This document shows positions 37,534-48,553 of a DNA stretch of 64,000 nt, in pieces (within the stretch, counting starts at the first letter, position 1; the number at the start of each line of letters is the position of its first letter). The stretch lies in the IMG/VR virus record IMGVR_UViG_3300020448_000002, positions 1 to 64,000 of that record. The stretch is one strand, 5' to 3'. This DNA is from a virus. The translations under genes were made by a program, and so were the position numbers. The notes beneath the pieces are model-generated. The model was not told the DNA's origin, searched no databases, and saw nothing but the letters and a program-made list of their open reading frames with translations.

Positions 37534-38154
37534 ATGATAAAACACTTTAATCCAAAGTGGTATTTCAAGGACACACTCACAGATATAGATCAGCAACAGA
37601 TAGATAATTGGTTTGCTGACTTATATAAAGATGCAGAAGGATTTGGAATACCAAAAGACTGGCAGAAATTATGTAGAGTAACATCTACAGATAGAAAGAG
37701 TGATGGTAATCCAATATGGGAAGACTATTTAAAATTACTTAAACCTTATCAGGATAAGTTTTTAAGTGAGATAGAAACATATTGGGATGCAGAATTAATA
37801 TGTGATAATGTATGGGTCAACAGATATACACAGGGAGATTTTCAAGAGGTTCATAACCATTGTCATCCCGACTATAATATTGCTATGGTATATTTTCATA
37901 AGTGTAATGGGTCACAGTTTCATTTCTTTGATTCATCATGGACAGAATATAGATCAAGCGGATTAGATTATATTATGAATGTAGTAGGAGAAGAGATAGT
38001 ACAACTAGAGATAGAACAGGGAGATATAATTATGTTCCCAACTAACTATCCTCATTTTGTATCGCCCAATATGAACGAGGAACTAAGGATTACGTTTGCA
38101 GGTAACTTTAAACTACAAAGAAAACATATGACAATACGAGAACTGACCACATAA
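37534..38154 (+). CDS. 2OG-Fe(II) oxygenase, TIGR02466-like
   Basis: WVNRY..GDFQEVHNH, GDIIMFP...PH.VSPN, RITFAGN. Confidence 0.82.
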   Translation: MIKHFNPKWYFKDTLTDIDQQQIDNWFADLYKDAEGFGIPKDWQKLCRVTSTDRKSDGNPIWEDYLKLLKPYQDKFLSEIETYWDAELICDNVWVNRYTQGDFQEVHNHCHPDYNIAMVYFHKCNGSQFHFFDSSWTEYRSSGLDYIMNVVGEEIVQLEIEQGDIIMFPTNYPHFVSPNMNEELRITFAGNFKLQRKHMTIRELTT

Positions 38155-38205
38155 GTGACATGGTGGTAATAGTGTGGTATACTAGTATCATAACTAAAGA
38201 GATTA

Positions 38206-38649
38206 ATGACTCAAATCGAACTCAACAAAACATACACTTATGAGTGTGATGCTACATTTGGCACACTATCACAAGAGAAAGTTAATAAGTTATTTACTGA
38301 TGGTAGAAGAGCATCTGGATTTCTTGAGATTCAATTAGAAGAGTGGTTTCCTAATCTTACATTTGTAGATGGTAAAGGTTATGACCACGTTGATACAGAT
38401 GGACTCAAGTATGATGCAAAATGTTTTACCAAAGGTGGTTCAAAGTTTTGTTCATCAAAGTATTTGGGTGTAGGTAGATCATTAAATGTTGAAGAGCATG
38501 AAGCACACGCAGAAAATATTATCTACATTTTTACAGATGTGGTAGAATTTCCAAAGGTTCAAGTTAAATTTGTAAAAGGTTCTGACTTAATTCAGACTTA
38601 TAAAAAAGGTTCAATTCCATTCTCACATAGAAATGCTTTATTTGGATGA
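38206..38649 (+). CDS. PD-(D/E)XK restriction-endonuclease-like protein
   Basis: E...GYD.......YDAK motif; overlaps the methyltransferase start. Confidence 0.55.
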   Translation: MTQIELNKTYTYECDATFGTLSQEKVNKLFTDGRRASGFLEIQLEEWFPNLTFVDGKGYDHVDTDGLKYDAKCFTKGGSKFCSSKYLGVGRSLNVEEHEAHAENIIYIFTDVVEFPKVQVKFVKGSDLIQTYKKGSIPFSHRNALFG

Positions 38650-39418
38650 TTGTATTACAGGGATGCAGAAACTAGATGAGAAATCAGTTGATGCAGTTGT
38701 AACATCCCCACCATACAACTTAAATATTAAATACAGTAAATACAACGATAAGAAACCAGTAGATCAATATCTATCATGGTTAGGAGACGTATTTGCTGAA
38801 TGTAAACGTGTACTTAAAGATGACGGTCATCTATTTGTTAACATGGGATATTCTAATGTTAATCCTACAATAGGTATAGATGTATGTTGTAAGTTAAGAG
38901 AGAATTATATACTACAGAATAATATTGCATGGATTAAAAGTGTTCATACTGATAAGACACATGGACATTTTAAACCTATCAATAGTAAGAGATTCTTATG
39001 CCCAACATGGGAACATCTATTTCATTTTACAAAAGATGGTAAGATAGAGATCGATAGATTATCAGTTGGAGTGAAGTATGAATACTATGAAGCAAACATT
39101 CGTGGTAATAATACTAAGGACAATAAACCTAACCTAAGAGACAAAGGTAACTCATGGTTTATACCATACGAAACTAGACAAAGTAAACTAGAGAAAGGTA
39201 ACCACCCCGCTATTTTTCCAGTTAAACTTGTAGAGGATTGTATTAAACTTACTGGTAAAAGTAGTGGTATTGTTTTAGACCCATTCATGGGAACTGGAAC
39301 TACAGGAGTAGCAGCAGTTAACTTAGGATGGGATTATATTGGATATGATATAGATGAAGACTATGTTAAGTATTCTAAACAAAGATTAGAAGGGGGATTG
39401 AAATCATTATTAAAATGA
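38633..39418 (+). CDS. DNA N4-cytosine/N6-adenine methyltransferase, beta class
   Basis: VVTSPPYN, HPAIFP, VLDPFMGTGTT. Confidence 0.93.
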   Translation: MLYLDDCITGMQKLDEKSVDAVVTSPPYNLNIKYSKYNDKKPVDQYLSWLGDVFAECKRVLKDDGHLFVNMGYSNVNPTIGIDVCCKLRENYILQNNIAWIKSVHTDKTHGHFKPINSKRFLCPTWEHLFHFTKDGKIEIDRLSVGVKYEYYEANIRGNNTKDNKPNLRDKGNSWFIPYETRQSKLEKGNHPAIFPVKLVEDCIKLTGKSSGIVLDPFMGTGTTGVAAVNLGWDYIGYDIDEDYVKYSKQRLEGGLKSLLK

Positions 39419-39500
39419 TATATAATAATGAACAAAGTAATTTATGTGAAGACACACCAGTCAAGCAGGATTATAAAACGTATAACAACGAGGTAGAACA

Positions 39501-40604
39501 ATGACACAACAATTAGTTGTGGGAGAGTGGTATGAATTACCAGGAATTCCAGATGTAATTATTTGTTTAATGAAAACAGATAATTTTTTAATGTACCCAG
39601 AGTGGATAACACAAAGAGATACATTAATGAGATCAAAGAAGAAAGCATCCTTAGATCATTTAAGAGTATTATTTCCTACTCATCATATAGTAGCACTAGG
39701 AGAATTAACAGAAGATGATGTATGGGAAGATGGAACAGAATATGAAGCAGGAACAGAGTGGAGACTTGATGCTAATACCAGAGCATATTTGTGGCAGTCA
39801 GGTAAAACAAATGAGTTACCAGAGAATGTATTAGCAGTAAAGTATAGAGAACCAACACTAGTAAAGTTAAGAAGAACTTACTGGACATTCGATAATCCCT
39901 CAGCAGCAGAAATGGCAGCAGAAGTGTTAACAGGATGTCAGAAGTCACTAGGTATGAACTTAAAAACTAAGAAGTTTATTGAAGGACAATATGTTACAGC
40001 ACTATCTTATACTTGCCAGTATCATGACCCCGACAATTATGGTTCAAAAGGATTATGGTCAGAAACTGACGATAAGACTATAACTCAAAGTGAGTATCGT
40101 AGAACTAAAATGCAAAATGCTATAATGCAGTATAAAAATACTATCATAGCACTTGATACATTATTAGATACTACAAAGTATAATAAGCATTACGATCAAA
40201 CATTTATGACCGCATTATTCTTACATCATATCAAGAATAATCATTTCTCTAAAGAGATTGAAATCCTATGTAAACTATTAAGTGGAACTAAGGAAGATAA
40301 GTATGGAGAGACAGAAGGCATAATGATAAAACAAAAAGGAATGTTAGATGCAGTTGGATGGATATACAGAGAATGTATAGGTCAGTCTAATTACATACCT
40401 GATAGAGGTAAGATGGATGGATTTGCTCAGGGAGTACCATTTTTTAGTTACTGGTTAGATGTAGCAAAAGATAAAGGATTAAAGCATCAACAAAAGGTAG
40501 GAGCAAAGCAAGGTTATCAAAAATGGTTTGAGTCATTCTTAAAGAGACCTGACTTTAAAACACTAGAACAACTAGTAGTGGACACTACTAACATTGACTA
40601 CTAG
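39501..40604 (+). CDS. hypothetical protein with ParB/Srx-like N-terminal motif
   Basis: QR..., RLDANTRA (resembles LDGxHR), FDN; GAGG SD. Confidence 0.55.
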   Translation: MTQQLVVGEWYELPGIPDVIICLMKTDNFLMYPEWITQRDTLMRSKKKASLDHLRVLFPTHHIVALGELTEDDVWEDGTEYEAGTEWRLDANTRAYLWQSGKTNELPENVLAVKYREPTLVKLRRTYWTFDNPSAAEMAAEVLTGCQKSLGMNLKTKKFIEGQYVTALSYTCQYHDPDNYGSKGLWSETDDKTITQSEYRRTKMQNAIMQYKNTIIALDTLLDTTKYNKHYDQTFMTALFLHHIKNNHFSKEIEILCKLLSGTKEDKYGETEGIMIKQKGMLDAVGWIYRECIGQSNYIPDRGKMDGFAQGVPFFSYWLDVAKDKGLKHQQKVGAKQGYQKWFESFLKRPDFKTLEQLVVDTTNIDY

Positions 40605-40930
40605 ACATACATACTATTCTATACTATACTAAGTTATGAGAAAATTCTTTAGTCCTAAAGGACAAATCAGACTCATTAAAAAAGCACTCAAATCTGATAC
40701 TTACTATTCTAGTGAAGAGTTGATTAAATTAAAAACATCACTCAGAAAACTAGAAAAGGAAGTAGAGGAAGAGAGACAAACCCAAAATGGAGGATTTGGT
40801 TATGACATTTAATGTCTATGAAATTATCGAGGACAAGAAAACTAAAGTCCAAGAAGAAGAGGAAGAGTGGGTATCCGAGATCATAGGATCAGAGGATGAT
40901 GAACTCAAAAGATTATTACAGGAGTTTTAA

Positions 40931-41284
40931 ATGAACAGGTATGAAGTCCTATTACAACGTGATAATGGCATAAACAAAAGAGTTTATGTTGATGACTGTT
41001 ACTATGAAGACGAAGCAAGATTACTTGCAGAGTCACAATATGGATTGCCAGTATTGAAAGTATTATATCAAGGTCAATCTAATAGTGGACAATACCAACA
41101 TGAATTAGAACCACCTTATCCTAACTATAATCAAAACATATTCAGAAGAGGATTGTTTGATTTTCAAGTCATAGGAACACTTGGAGGTTTATTATTATTG
41201 TTTGTTTTTATACAGTATTGGTACTTATTTGTTGGAGCGTGTATATTTGGTATTATATACAGTATCGTAAGAGACGAAAACTAA
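40931..41284 (+). CDS. hypothetical membrane protein
   Basis: C-terminal hydrophobic segment; AGGAG SD. Confidence 0.65.
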   Translation: MNRYEVLLQRDNGINKRVYVDDCYYEDEARLLAESQYGLPVLKVLYQGQSNSGQYQHELEPPYPNYNQNIFRRGLFDFQVIGTLGGLLLLFVFIQYWYLFVGACIFGIIYSIVRDEN

Positions 41285-41423
41285 AATAGGCATAAATTCT
41301 TGTTACTTTTATCGTATATTATACTATCTAATTTCTAAATAATAATGTAGAATCTAGGAGCAACAAGATGCACTAAAACCTCATGTATTATGGGATTAAC
41401 TAAATTTTACTAGGATTATTTGT

Positions 41424-41579
41424 ATGTCAAAACTAAACTTCAATCAGATGGCACAATGGAAAAATGGTATCAATTACAATTCACAAGAGAATAAAATAGA
41501 CGAATACTTTGAGTGCCTGATTGAATGTGATGACAACGATAGAGTATGTAAAACAATATGCACACCTCTATTAGAATAG
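41424..41579 (+). CDS. small Cys-rich protein (51 aa)
   Basis: Hand-translated MSKLNFNQMAQW...DEYFECLIECDDNDRVCKTICTPLLE; two CX3C motifs. Confidence 0.7.
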   Translation: MSKLNFNQMAQWKNGINYNSQENKIDEYFECLIECDDNDRVCKTICTPLLE

Positions 41580-41600
41580 ACTACATTACAAATCCTACAG

Positions 41601-41625
41601 AGACGGTTGCAAGACCGTCTTTTTT
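41601..41625 (+). terminator. intrinsic terminator
   Basis: AGACGGT-TGCAAG-ACCGTCT followed by a T-run. Confidence 0.8.
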
Positions 41626-41737
41626 ATTGTATAATATTAAATGATATTATATTTAATATGAATAACATAGGTTTAGAAGTTGTATTCTGGACAGTATTAA
41701 CAATTTATCTCTTAAACAAGTTAGGAGTCTTTAAAAA

Positions 41738-42862
41738 ATGAAGGACACTATATTATTTGGAGATTGTAAGGAGACACTAAGTCAATTTGCACCACAGAGT
41801 GCTAGAACTTGTGTTACATCCCCACCTTATTATGGACTTAGGGATTATGGCACAGCAACATGGATAGGGGGAGACCCTAATTGTAACCATAGGAGAGATA
41901 GTAAAGTCAAACCTGAGAATTGTAATACAGGACATAAGAATCACGATGAAATGTATGGAGTAGGGGATGCAATATATAAAACTGTTTGCCCTAAGTGTGG
42001 TGCAATAAGACAAGATAGTCAAATAGGACTAGAAGAAACACCAGAAGAATATATTGAAAGTCTTGTAGATGTATTTCGTAGTGTCAGGGATGTTTTAACT
42101 GATGATGGAACTTTATGGGTTAATTTAGGAGATAGTTATTATAACTATAGACCAGGAAAAGGTCAATCATATCCTAAACAGTCAGTATCTAAAACTAAAC
42201 AAGATTTACCTGATGAATGTAATAAACGTGGTAACAAATTAGATGGATTAAAAGAGAAAGATTTAATTGGAATACCTTGGATGTTTGCGTTTGCTATGCG
42301 TAAAGATGGATGGTATTTAAGACAAGATATTATCTGGCATAAACCTAATCCAATGCCAGAAAGTGTAAAAGATAGATGTACTAAATCACATGAGTATATC
42401 TTTTTATTCAGCAAAAACAGAAAGTATTTTTATGACAACGAATCAATCAAAGAACCAGTCAAGCAAGACTGGGGAACAAGAGACCGCACAAAAGGTAAGT
42501 ATCATAATATTGGTAGTGGCTTACAACCTCATAGTGGTCTTACCAAGTCTTATGAACGGAAAAATAAACGATCTGTTTGGTCTGTTACTGTAAAACCATA
42601 CAAAGAAGCACATTTTGCCACTTATCCACCTGACTTAATTGAACCTTGCATCAAAGCAGGAAGTGAAGAAGGAGATACAATACTTGACCCATTTATGGGT
42701 GCAGGAACTACAGCGGCAGTTGCAAAGTCACTTAAACGTCATTATATTGGATGTGAACTCAATGAAGATTATGGTAACTTAATTCAGAAGAGAATTGATG
42801 ATTATCAACCAATTAAAGAAATGGCACAAAATGCATTGACTGATCTCATGAGTGGAGTATAA
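41738..42862 (+). CDS. DNA N4-cytosine/N6-adenine methyltransferase, beta class, with Cys/His insertion
   Basis: VTSPPYYGLRDY, WHKPNPMPESV.DR, HFATYP, DPFMGAGTT. Confidence 0.93.
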   Translation: MKDTILFGDCKETLSQFAPQSARTCVTSPPYYGLRDYGTATWIGGDPNCNHRRDSKVKPENCNTGHKNHDEMYGVGDAIYKTVCPKCGAIRQDSQIGLEETPEEYIESLVDVFRSVRDVLTDDGTLWVNLGDSYYNYRPGKGQSYPKQSVSKTKQDLPDECNKRGNKLDGLKEKDLIGIPWMFAFAMRKDGWYLRQDIIWHKPNPMPESVKDRCTKSHEYIFLFSKNRKYFYDNESIKEPVKQDWGTRDRTKGKYHNIGSGLQPHSGLTKSYERKNKRSVWSVTVKPYKEAHFATYPPDLIEPCIKAGSEEGDTILDPFMGAGTTAAVAKSLKRHYIGCELNEDYGNLIQKRIDDYQPIKEMAQNALTDLMSGV

Positions 42863-43029
42863 ATAAGTCAACTGTAATAAAAAGATGGAAGTTGTTATTA
42901 CACCTGACCATATCACACTAAGCAACAAAAGACTAGATACATTTACACTAGTCATACTTCCGTTTTTATATCTTGAAGCATTTGTAAAACTGATACTACG
43001 AGTCAAGTGACACTCACATAACTGTACAT

Positions 43030-43053
43030 CCCTCTTAACAGAGGGGTTTTTTT
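43030..43053 (+). terminator. intrinsic terminator overlapping a promoter
   Basis: CCCTCT-TAAC-AGAGGG followed by a T-run. Confidence 0.7.
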
Positions 43054-43084
43054 ATGCTATACTATGTTTATTGATTAAAGTATT

Positions 43085-44332
43085 ATGTTCTTATTGAAAA
43101 AGCATCAAGATTATGCATACATGAAGATGCTAGACAATAAAAAAGGACAAGTGATTGTGCCTACTGGTGGTGGTAAAACATACATCATGATTGCGGATGC
43201 TATTAGAAATAACTATCAGCAGTATCAGAAATCTGATAATATTAATGTTGTGGTAGCACCTCGTATATTATTAGCACAACAGTTATGCAATGATTTTACA
43301 GATCATATTGAAGCATTTGATGATATTATTCATGTTCACTCAGGAGATACGGAGTATTACAGCACAACTTCCGCAGAAGACTTAAAGTTATGGTATTTAA
43401 CATCACAAAACATATCAAATAGAATAATATTTACTACTTATCATTCATTAAACCGCATCGTTGAGAGTGGCATCCCTATTAATACGGTATATTTTGATGA
43501 AGCACATAACTCATGTGGTAAGAAGTTTTTTGAAGCAGTAAAATCAGTATCTAATATATCAAATAGATGCTATTTCTTTACAGCAACACCTAGGCAAGGA
43601 AGAGGTCAGACTATTGAGCGTGGTATGAATAATAGTGATGTTTTTGGTCAAGTGATTGCTAATGTTGATGCTAAAGAGTTAATAGATGCAGGTATTATAT
43701 TACCACCTAAAGTAATACCATATGATACTAACAGGAAAAGAAACAAAGTCAATGCTCATGAAGTTGATGCTAAGAACTTAAAAGATATTCTAGAGGATAC
43801 AGTAGAGGATGATTCAAAAGTATTAGTGGCAGCACCTAGCACAAGAATATTATGGAATATGCTCACTAAAACTGATATACTTGACTGGTTCAAAAAACAG
43901 AACTATGGAGTTATGCATATTACATCTAAGCATGGTGCATACGTTGATGGTAAGAAAGTCCGCAGGGATGTATTCTTTAATACTCTTAATGAGTGGGGTA
44001 AAAGTGCTAAGAAATTTGTTGTGTTTCATTATAGTATATTATCTGAAGGTATCAATGTAGCAGGATTAACTCATACAGTATTATTAAGGAATTTACCTGT
44101 TATTGAAATGGCACAAACAATAGGTAGAGTAATTAGAGTGCATCCTGATGATAGAAAGTCAGTTGAAGATGGTATTATACCAGTAGCACAATTCTCACTA
44201 TATCGCAAGGGATATGGTAGAGTAACAGTTCCCTTAAGTGGTAAGTATGGAGAGAAGATTGCTAAAAGACTTGAGTCAGTAGTTAATCAAATCTTTATAG
44301 AAGGAATACCACCTCTAGCGTGGACATCATAG
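43085..44332 (+). CDS. superfamily 2 (DEAH) helicase, Res-subunit-like
   Basis: PTGGGKT, DEAH, TATP, SEGIN, QTIGRVIR. Confidence 0.9.
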   Translation: MFLLKKHQDYAYMKMLDNKKGQVIVPTGGGKTYIMIADAIRNNYQQYQKSDNINVVVAPRILLAQQLCNDFTDHIEAFDDIIHVHSGDTEYYSTTSAEDLKLWYLTSQNISNRIIFTTYHSLNRIVESGIPINTVYFDEAHNSCGKKFFEAVKSVSNISNRCYFFTATPRQGRGQTIERGMNNSDVFGQVIANVDAKELIDAGIILPPKVIPYDTNRKRNKVNAHEVDAKNLKDILEDTVEDDSKVLVAAPSTRILWNMLTKTDILDWFKKQNYGVMHITSKHGAYVDGKKVRRDVFFNTLNEWGKSAKKFVVFHYSILSEGINVAGLTHTVLLRNLPVIEMAQTIGRVIRVHPDDRKSVEDGIIPVAQFSLYRKGYGRVTVPLSGKYGEKIAKRLESVVNQIFIEGIPPLAWTS

Positions 44333-44389
44333 GACAGTTCAACAAAGTGGCACATCGTACTACCATTATGGTATCAAATACAGTATTAT
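44330..44389 (+). promoter_or_regulatory. palindrome-promoter
   Basis: GGACAGT-N7-AGTGGCACA, 29 nt, TATTAT. Confidence 0.7.
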
Positions 44390-45230
44390 AATAATATGAA
44401 CAACAAAAGGCACATGATTCACTCAATGCACTTCGGAAGAGTATTCTGGTTAAACCTTGATAATGACCTTATGTCAGCACCTTGGTTAAAAGATGGCACA
44501 GTTTTAGATGGCACATTTGGAACTGAAGATCAATCTGATTATGTAAGTGAGTGGACTGACCTCGAAGGTCTTAATATGGATGCACTTTTAAACATTCACA
44601 AAGATTTGATTATCGCATCACTAGGAGATCAAAAATGAACCAGTCTTATACTAAAGACATTCAAGTCAATGTCACATTTGATGAAAAATATCAATTTGAC
44701 AAACTTTATGACATTTTGAGAGATATGGATTTTCCACTCACAAATAAACAACATAGTGTATTTGAAAAAATCTTATTAGGATAATGAAAACAGCAGTATT
44801 TCAAGTAAGGATTGAAGCAACACCCGATGCAGAAATCAATCCATTTCATTTAGCAGAAGAGATACAGGCATATCTCAATGCTCATGTATGTATGGTCAAT
44901 GAGACTACTGATACATACGAGGATGTTAGAGTAACAGGTTACAAATTTGATTACGATAACTTCACACCTACCCAATTTGATTACGATCAGGAGTTTTAAA
45001 TGGAAAAGCACATCAATCTATTTCAAGTAATACCAGAGGATGAGCATTCACATATTTCTAACAAGATATGGGAAGCACTTGATAGAGCAGGAATTGTATG
45101 CTCTCAGGATGCTGAACTATCAATCAAGATATATGATGATGAGATAGTAATTAGAAAAAGTGACCCATTTGGACTTGAGTCAGTTACTGATGATGATTAT
45201 GACTCAGAAGGCGAATTAATCTATGAAGCA

Positions 45231-45289
45231 TAGGACAGTACAATATGTGTCACACATTACCACGCATAGGTTACAAAATACCTTATACT
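45231..45289 (+). promoter_or_regulatory. palindrome-promoter
   Basis: GGACAGT-N6-TGTGTCACA, 29 nt, TATACT. Confidence 0.7.
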
Positions 45290-46566
45290 AAAGACATCAA
45301 GAGAATTTCTAATGAACACTCTAACAACAAAAGAACTAAAAGTCATCAAACTGATGGAAGAAGTAATTGACACTCTTTCAAGGTGCAAAGACTTATCTGA
45401 CCCCGCATTTGATATGTATTATGTCATGCAGGATGCAGTAAACAAAGAAGTTATCTATCCAATGGAGAATTTCTAAATGCCAATTATTAAGTTATCAATC
45501 GAAGAGCATCAATCACTCACTAGATTTTTAAGTCATCCTAAAGCAATGAAATACAGGAGTGACTTATACGATACAGATACTTTTGATTCAATGGAAGATA
45601 AAGTATATGATGCAGTAAACAACTTAACAGTAGAGGATTTTTAAATGAACTTAAATGACAAGTTGAAAAAAGAGAGAACTGGACTAACCGCACAACAGTA
45701 TAGTGACTTGCAGGAGTTATTTGTTGATCGTTATGTTGACAATATGACTACTAAAGACTTAGTAGAATATGTTTATAACGATATGATGCAGTATGTTGAG
45801 AATCAACCAGAAAAGGAATTCTTGGATGACTGTAAGGACTACTGGGATGATGGATTCCAGGAAATTATTGAAGAAATTAAGGAGATCGCACCCGAATGAA
45901 AACAATTAAAATGAGTGATGAGCAATTTGCACAACTTAAAGAGTATGTTGTTGACAGTTGCGAAGACATTATGGATAGGTCACTAGAGTGGGCAGATTCA
46001 GATCAGAGCAATGATTTTATTGATTTTCATGAAATATTATTTGAGTTTAGATCAATTTTAGAGGAAGCGGATAGATGGACTACTGTTAAATTATGGGAAG
46101 AAGGAGAGTAAAAATGAACTATCAAGAAATTAAAGCAATGAGTTCAAAAGAACTTAAAGATTATCTTAAGCAAGGTTTCGCTGATGTTGAAACTGAAGAT
46201 ATGATTTCATATGAATTATATGAAGTGAGAGGAGAGTAGCATCATGAGACACTTAGTTCCATTTACAGGAGACCAACTTACAATAATTGAAGATGCTCTC
46301 AAATATTCTCGAAAATATGCCGATGCCAAATATTGCTCGGATGTTTATGAAATCTTACAAGAAATTAAAAACAACACTTCAATAGGTAGATCATGAGTCA
46401 ACACAAAGTCAATTTATCAGATAAAGAAATTACTAGAGTATGTGATCTCTTAGATGAGCAACATGACCTAGATAAGAAATTATCTAACAAGTTAAACAAC
46501 ATATTGATTAAGCATTTAGCATTAATTGATAATAATAGAGCAAAACAACCAATCGGAGAGTGGTAA

Positions 46567-46627
46567 TGTACCAGTTAAACAAAGTGGCACAATGGGTATT
46601 GTGTTTCGCAGTAGTCTCGACTATACT
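46567..46627 (+). promoter_or_regulatory. palindrome-promoter
   Basis: TGTACCAGT-N7-AGTGGCACA, 30 nt, TATACT. Confidence 0.7.
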
Positions 46628-47077
46628 TAATTCATAAGTTACAAATCAAACATGACTGTTAAATCTCTCAACTTTCAAGCAGGTAGTTCAGCAAAGTCAC
46701 ACTATAAAAAACTTGATACTTATCAGAAATTAGTAGTTAATGCTATTACAACTTATGGTGGTGGTAGTTGGAAAAACAACGTATCAGTCCATCATAAGCA
46801 TGACCAGAGTCAATTCTCAAATATACTAATTGGTTCAGAAGTAGTTGCTAAGGTAGTATATGAGACCGCACATGATGATCTTTCTATAGAGGACTATAGA
46901 GATATTCATATTCATAAGTGTATGTTAGCGAATGTATCCTATATTGCTTTTGGTAAGGATACTGACGATTATAGAGATTCATATCAAGTTGTAAGATATA
47001 GAAATATGTTAGCAAAAATGGGATTCACTATAATAAATGTAGCAAACAAGTGCATCCAGTATTAAGTCAAGTGATCT

Positions 47078-47136
47078 TGTGCCACTTTTATTAGTGGCAC
47101 ATAGTTTTACCATTGCCATTAAAACTGGACTATACT
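47078..47136 (+). promoter_or_regulatory. palindrome-promoter (perfect)
   Basis: TGTGCCACT-N6-AGTGGCACA, 29 nt, TATACT. Confidence 0.8.
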
Positions 47137-47775
47137 TATTACATAAGCAACTAAAGGACTTATGACTAACGATCAAAGATACAAAGCATTCCTTAGATGG
47201 GATGCAATGATTCAAAGACAACAGGCAAGAAAAGCAGGAAAAACACTTTCTCAAATTCATGCAGATAAGTGGTTCGATTCAAATTTCAAATTCATAGGAG
47301 ACAACTAAAATGCACAACTTTAAAGAATTTCTTGATTATTGCGAATCATTCTATAACCCTAGTCATCCTGACGTTTTATATCCTATCGATGGATTAACTA
47401 GGCAAGAGTTAGCACTTGCAACTCTAAACTATTTGGACTTATGTGCGACTAGTGAGAACATCACATGGGGAGACGGAGATTCACTAGATCGTGAGAGAGT
47501 CAGAGATTTTGTAATACAGAGGAGAGCAACAGAGCAAACAGCAACAAAATTAGGATTTTAAAAATGTTCATAGTTACACATATTGATGTTCATGAATCAC
47601 TTGACGAGGACATTCAGTTTAAAATTGATAATGGTCTCGGATTATGGTCATCTAAAGAGCATGAAATTTGGGAAGATGTAGAAAAATACATTCAACCCTA
47701 TACTCTCAAAAATGTAGAGTATGAAAAGAATAAACCACATTATTTGACCTCTTTCATGTAAATGTCAAGTGGTAT

Positions 47776-47834
47776 TGTGACAGTAAAAGTACTGTCACAC
47801 AGTATCACTATTATCCCTTAAAATCAACTATACT
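47776..47834 (+). promoter_or_regulatory. palindrome-promoter (perfect)
   Basis: TGTGACAGT-N6-ACTGTCACA, 29 nt, TATACT. Confidence 0.8.
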
Positions 47835-47858
47835 TATTACATAAGCAACAAAGGAATT

Positions 47859-48329
47859 ATGACTAATCCAACTATCGAAGCACTAGTCCCAAATTGGACA
47901 GCAGAGTATTGCGAAGCATTAAGACTAAACTATTTTAACTATCACGTTAACCAGTTAAAAGTTAACTCAGAGCGTTTTTCAAAACCTAGTGGAAGTGTAT
48001 TAGGTCATCGTCCAGATTTATCAGAATATGCGAAGTCTCAACTAGCAGAGATCGAAAACGGAACAGCGAAGTTAATGAAATTCAGAGCGATAGAAGGTAA
48101 GAAGTATTACAAAGTAGTTCAGCAAGAATGGGATGAAGATAGACAAGAATACAGAGACAGATCAGTAAATAGTTTTGTTGACAAGAAAACAGGCGAAGTA
48201 TATAAAGCATCAAGTTGGAAAGCACCCGCAAAGGGAGTCCGTTTTGATATGAGAATTATTACTCAAAGGAGATTAATGCATAACCCTAACTATGTTGACT
48301 GGGCAAGTGGTCATCTTTATATACGATAG
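47859..48329 (+). CDS. conserved T4-like early hypothetical protein
   Basis: GKKYYKV...SV..FVDK.TG.VYK..SWKAPAKGVRF motif. Confidence 0.75.
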   Translation: MTNPTIEALVPNWTAEYCEALRLNYFNYHVNQLKVNSERFSKPSGSVLGHRPDLSEYAKSQLAEIENGTAKLMKFRAIEGKKYYKVVQQEWDEDRQEYRDRSVNSFVDKKTGEVYKASSWKAPAKGVRFDMRIITQRRLMHNPNYVDWASGHLYIR

Positions 48330-48494
48330 GAGGACAGAATGGTTAAAATTGAAACTAAACATCATATCGTAGAATTTCACACTAAGAAGGATTCCAGGAA
48401 ATTCTTAAAGAAAATCTACAAAAAAGGGATAACTCTCGACTATTATCTTTGGGAGTTCGATCTTACCACAGAATTATACGAAATAGGGGAGTAG

Positions 48495-48553
48495 TGTGCC
48501 AGTACTTTTAGTGGCACAAAACTCTTTACAAGTATAGCAAAATCGACTATACT
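48495..48553 (+). promoter_or_regulatory. palindrome-promoter
   Basis: TGTGCCAGT-N6-AGTGGCACA, 29 nt, TATACT. Confidence 0.78.
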
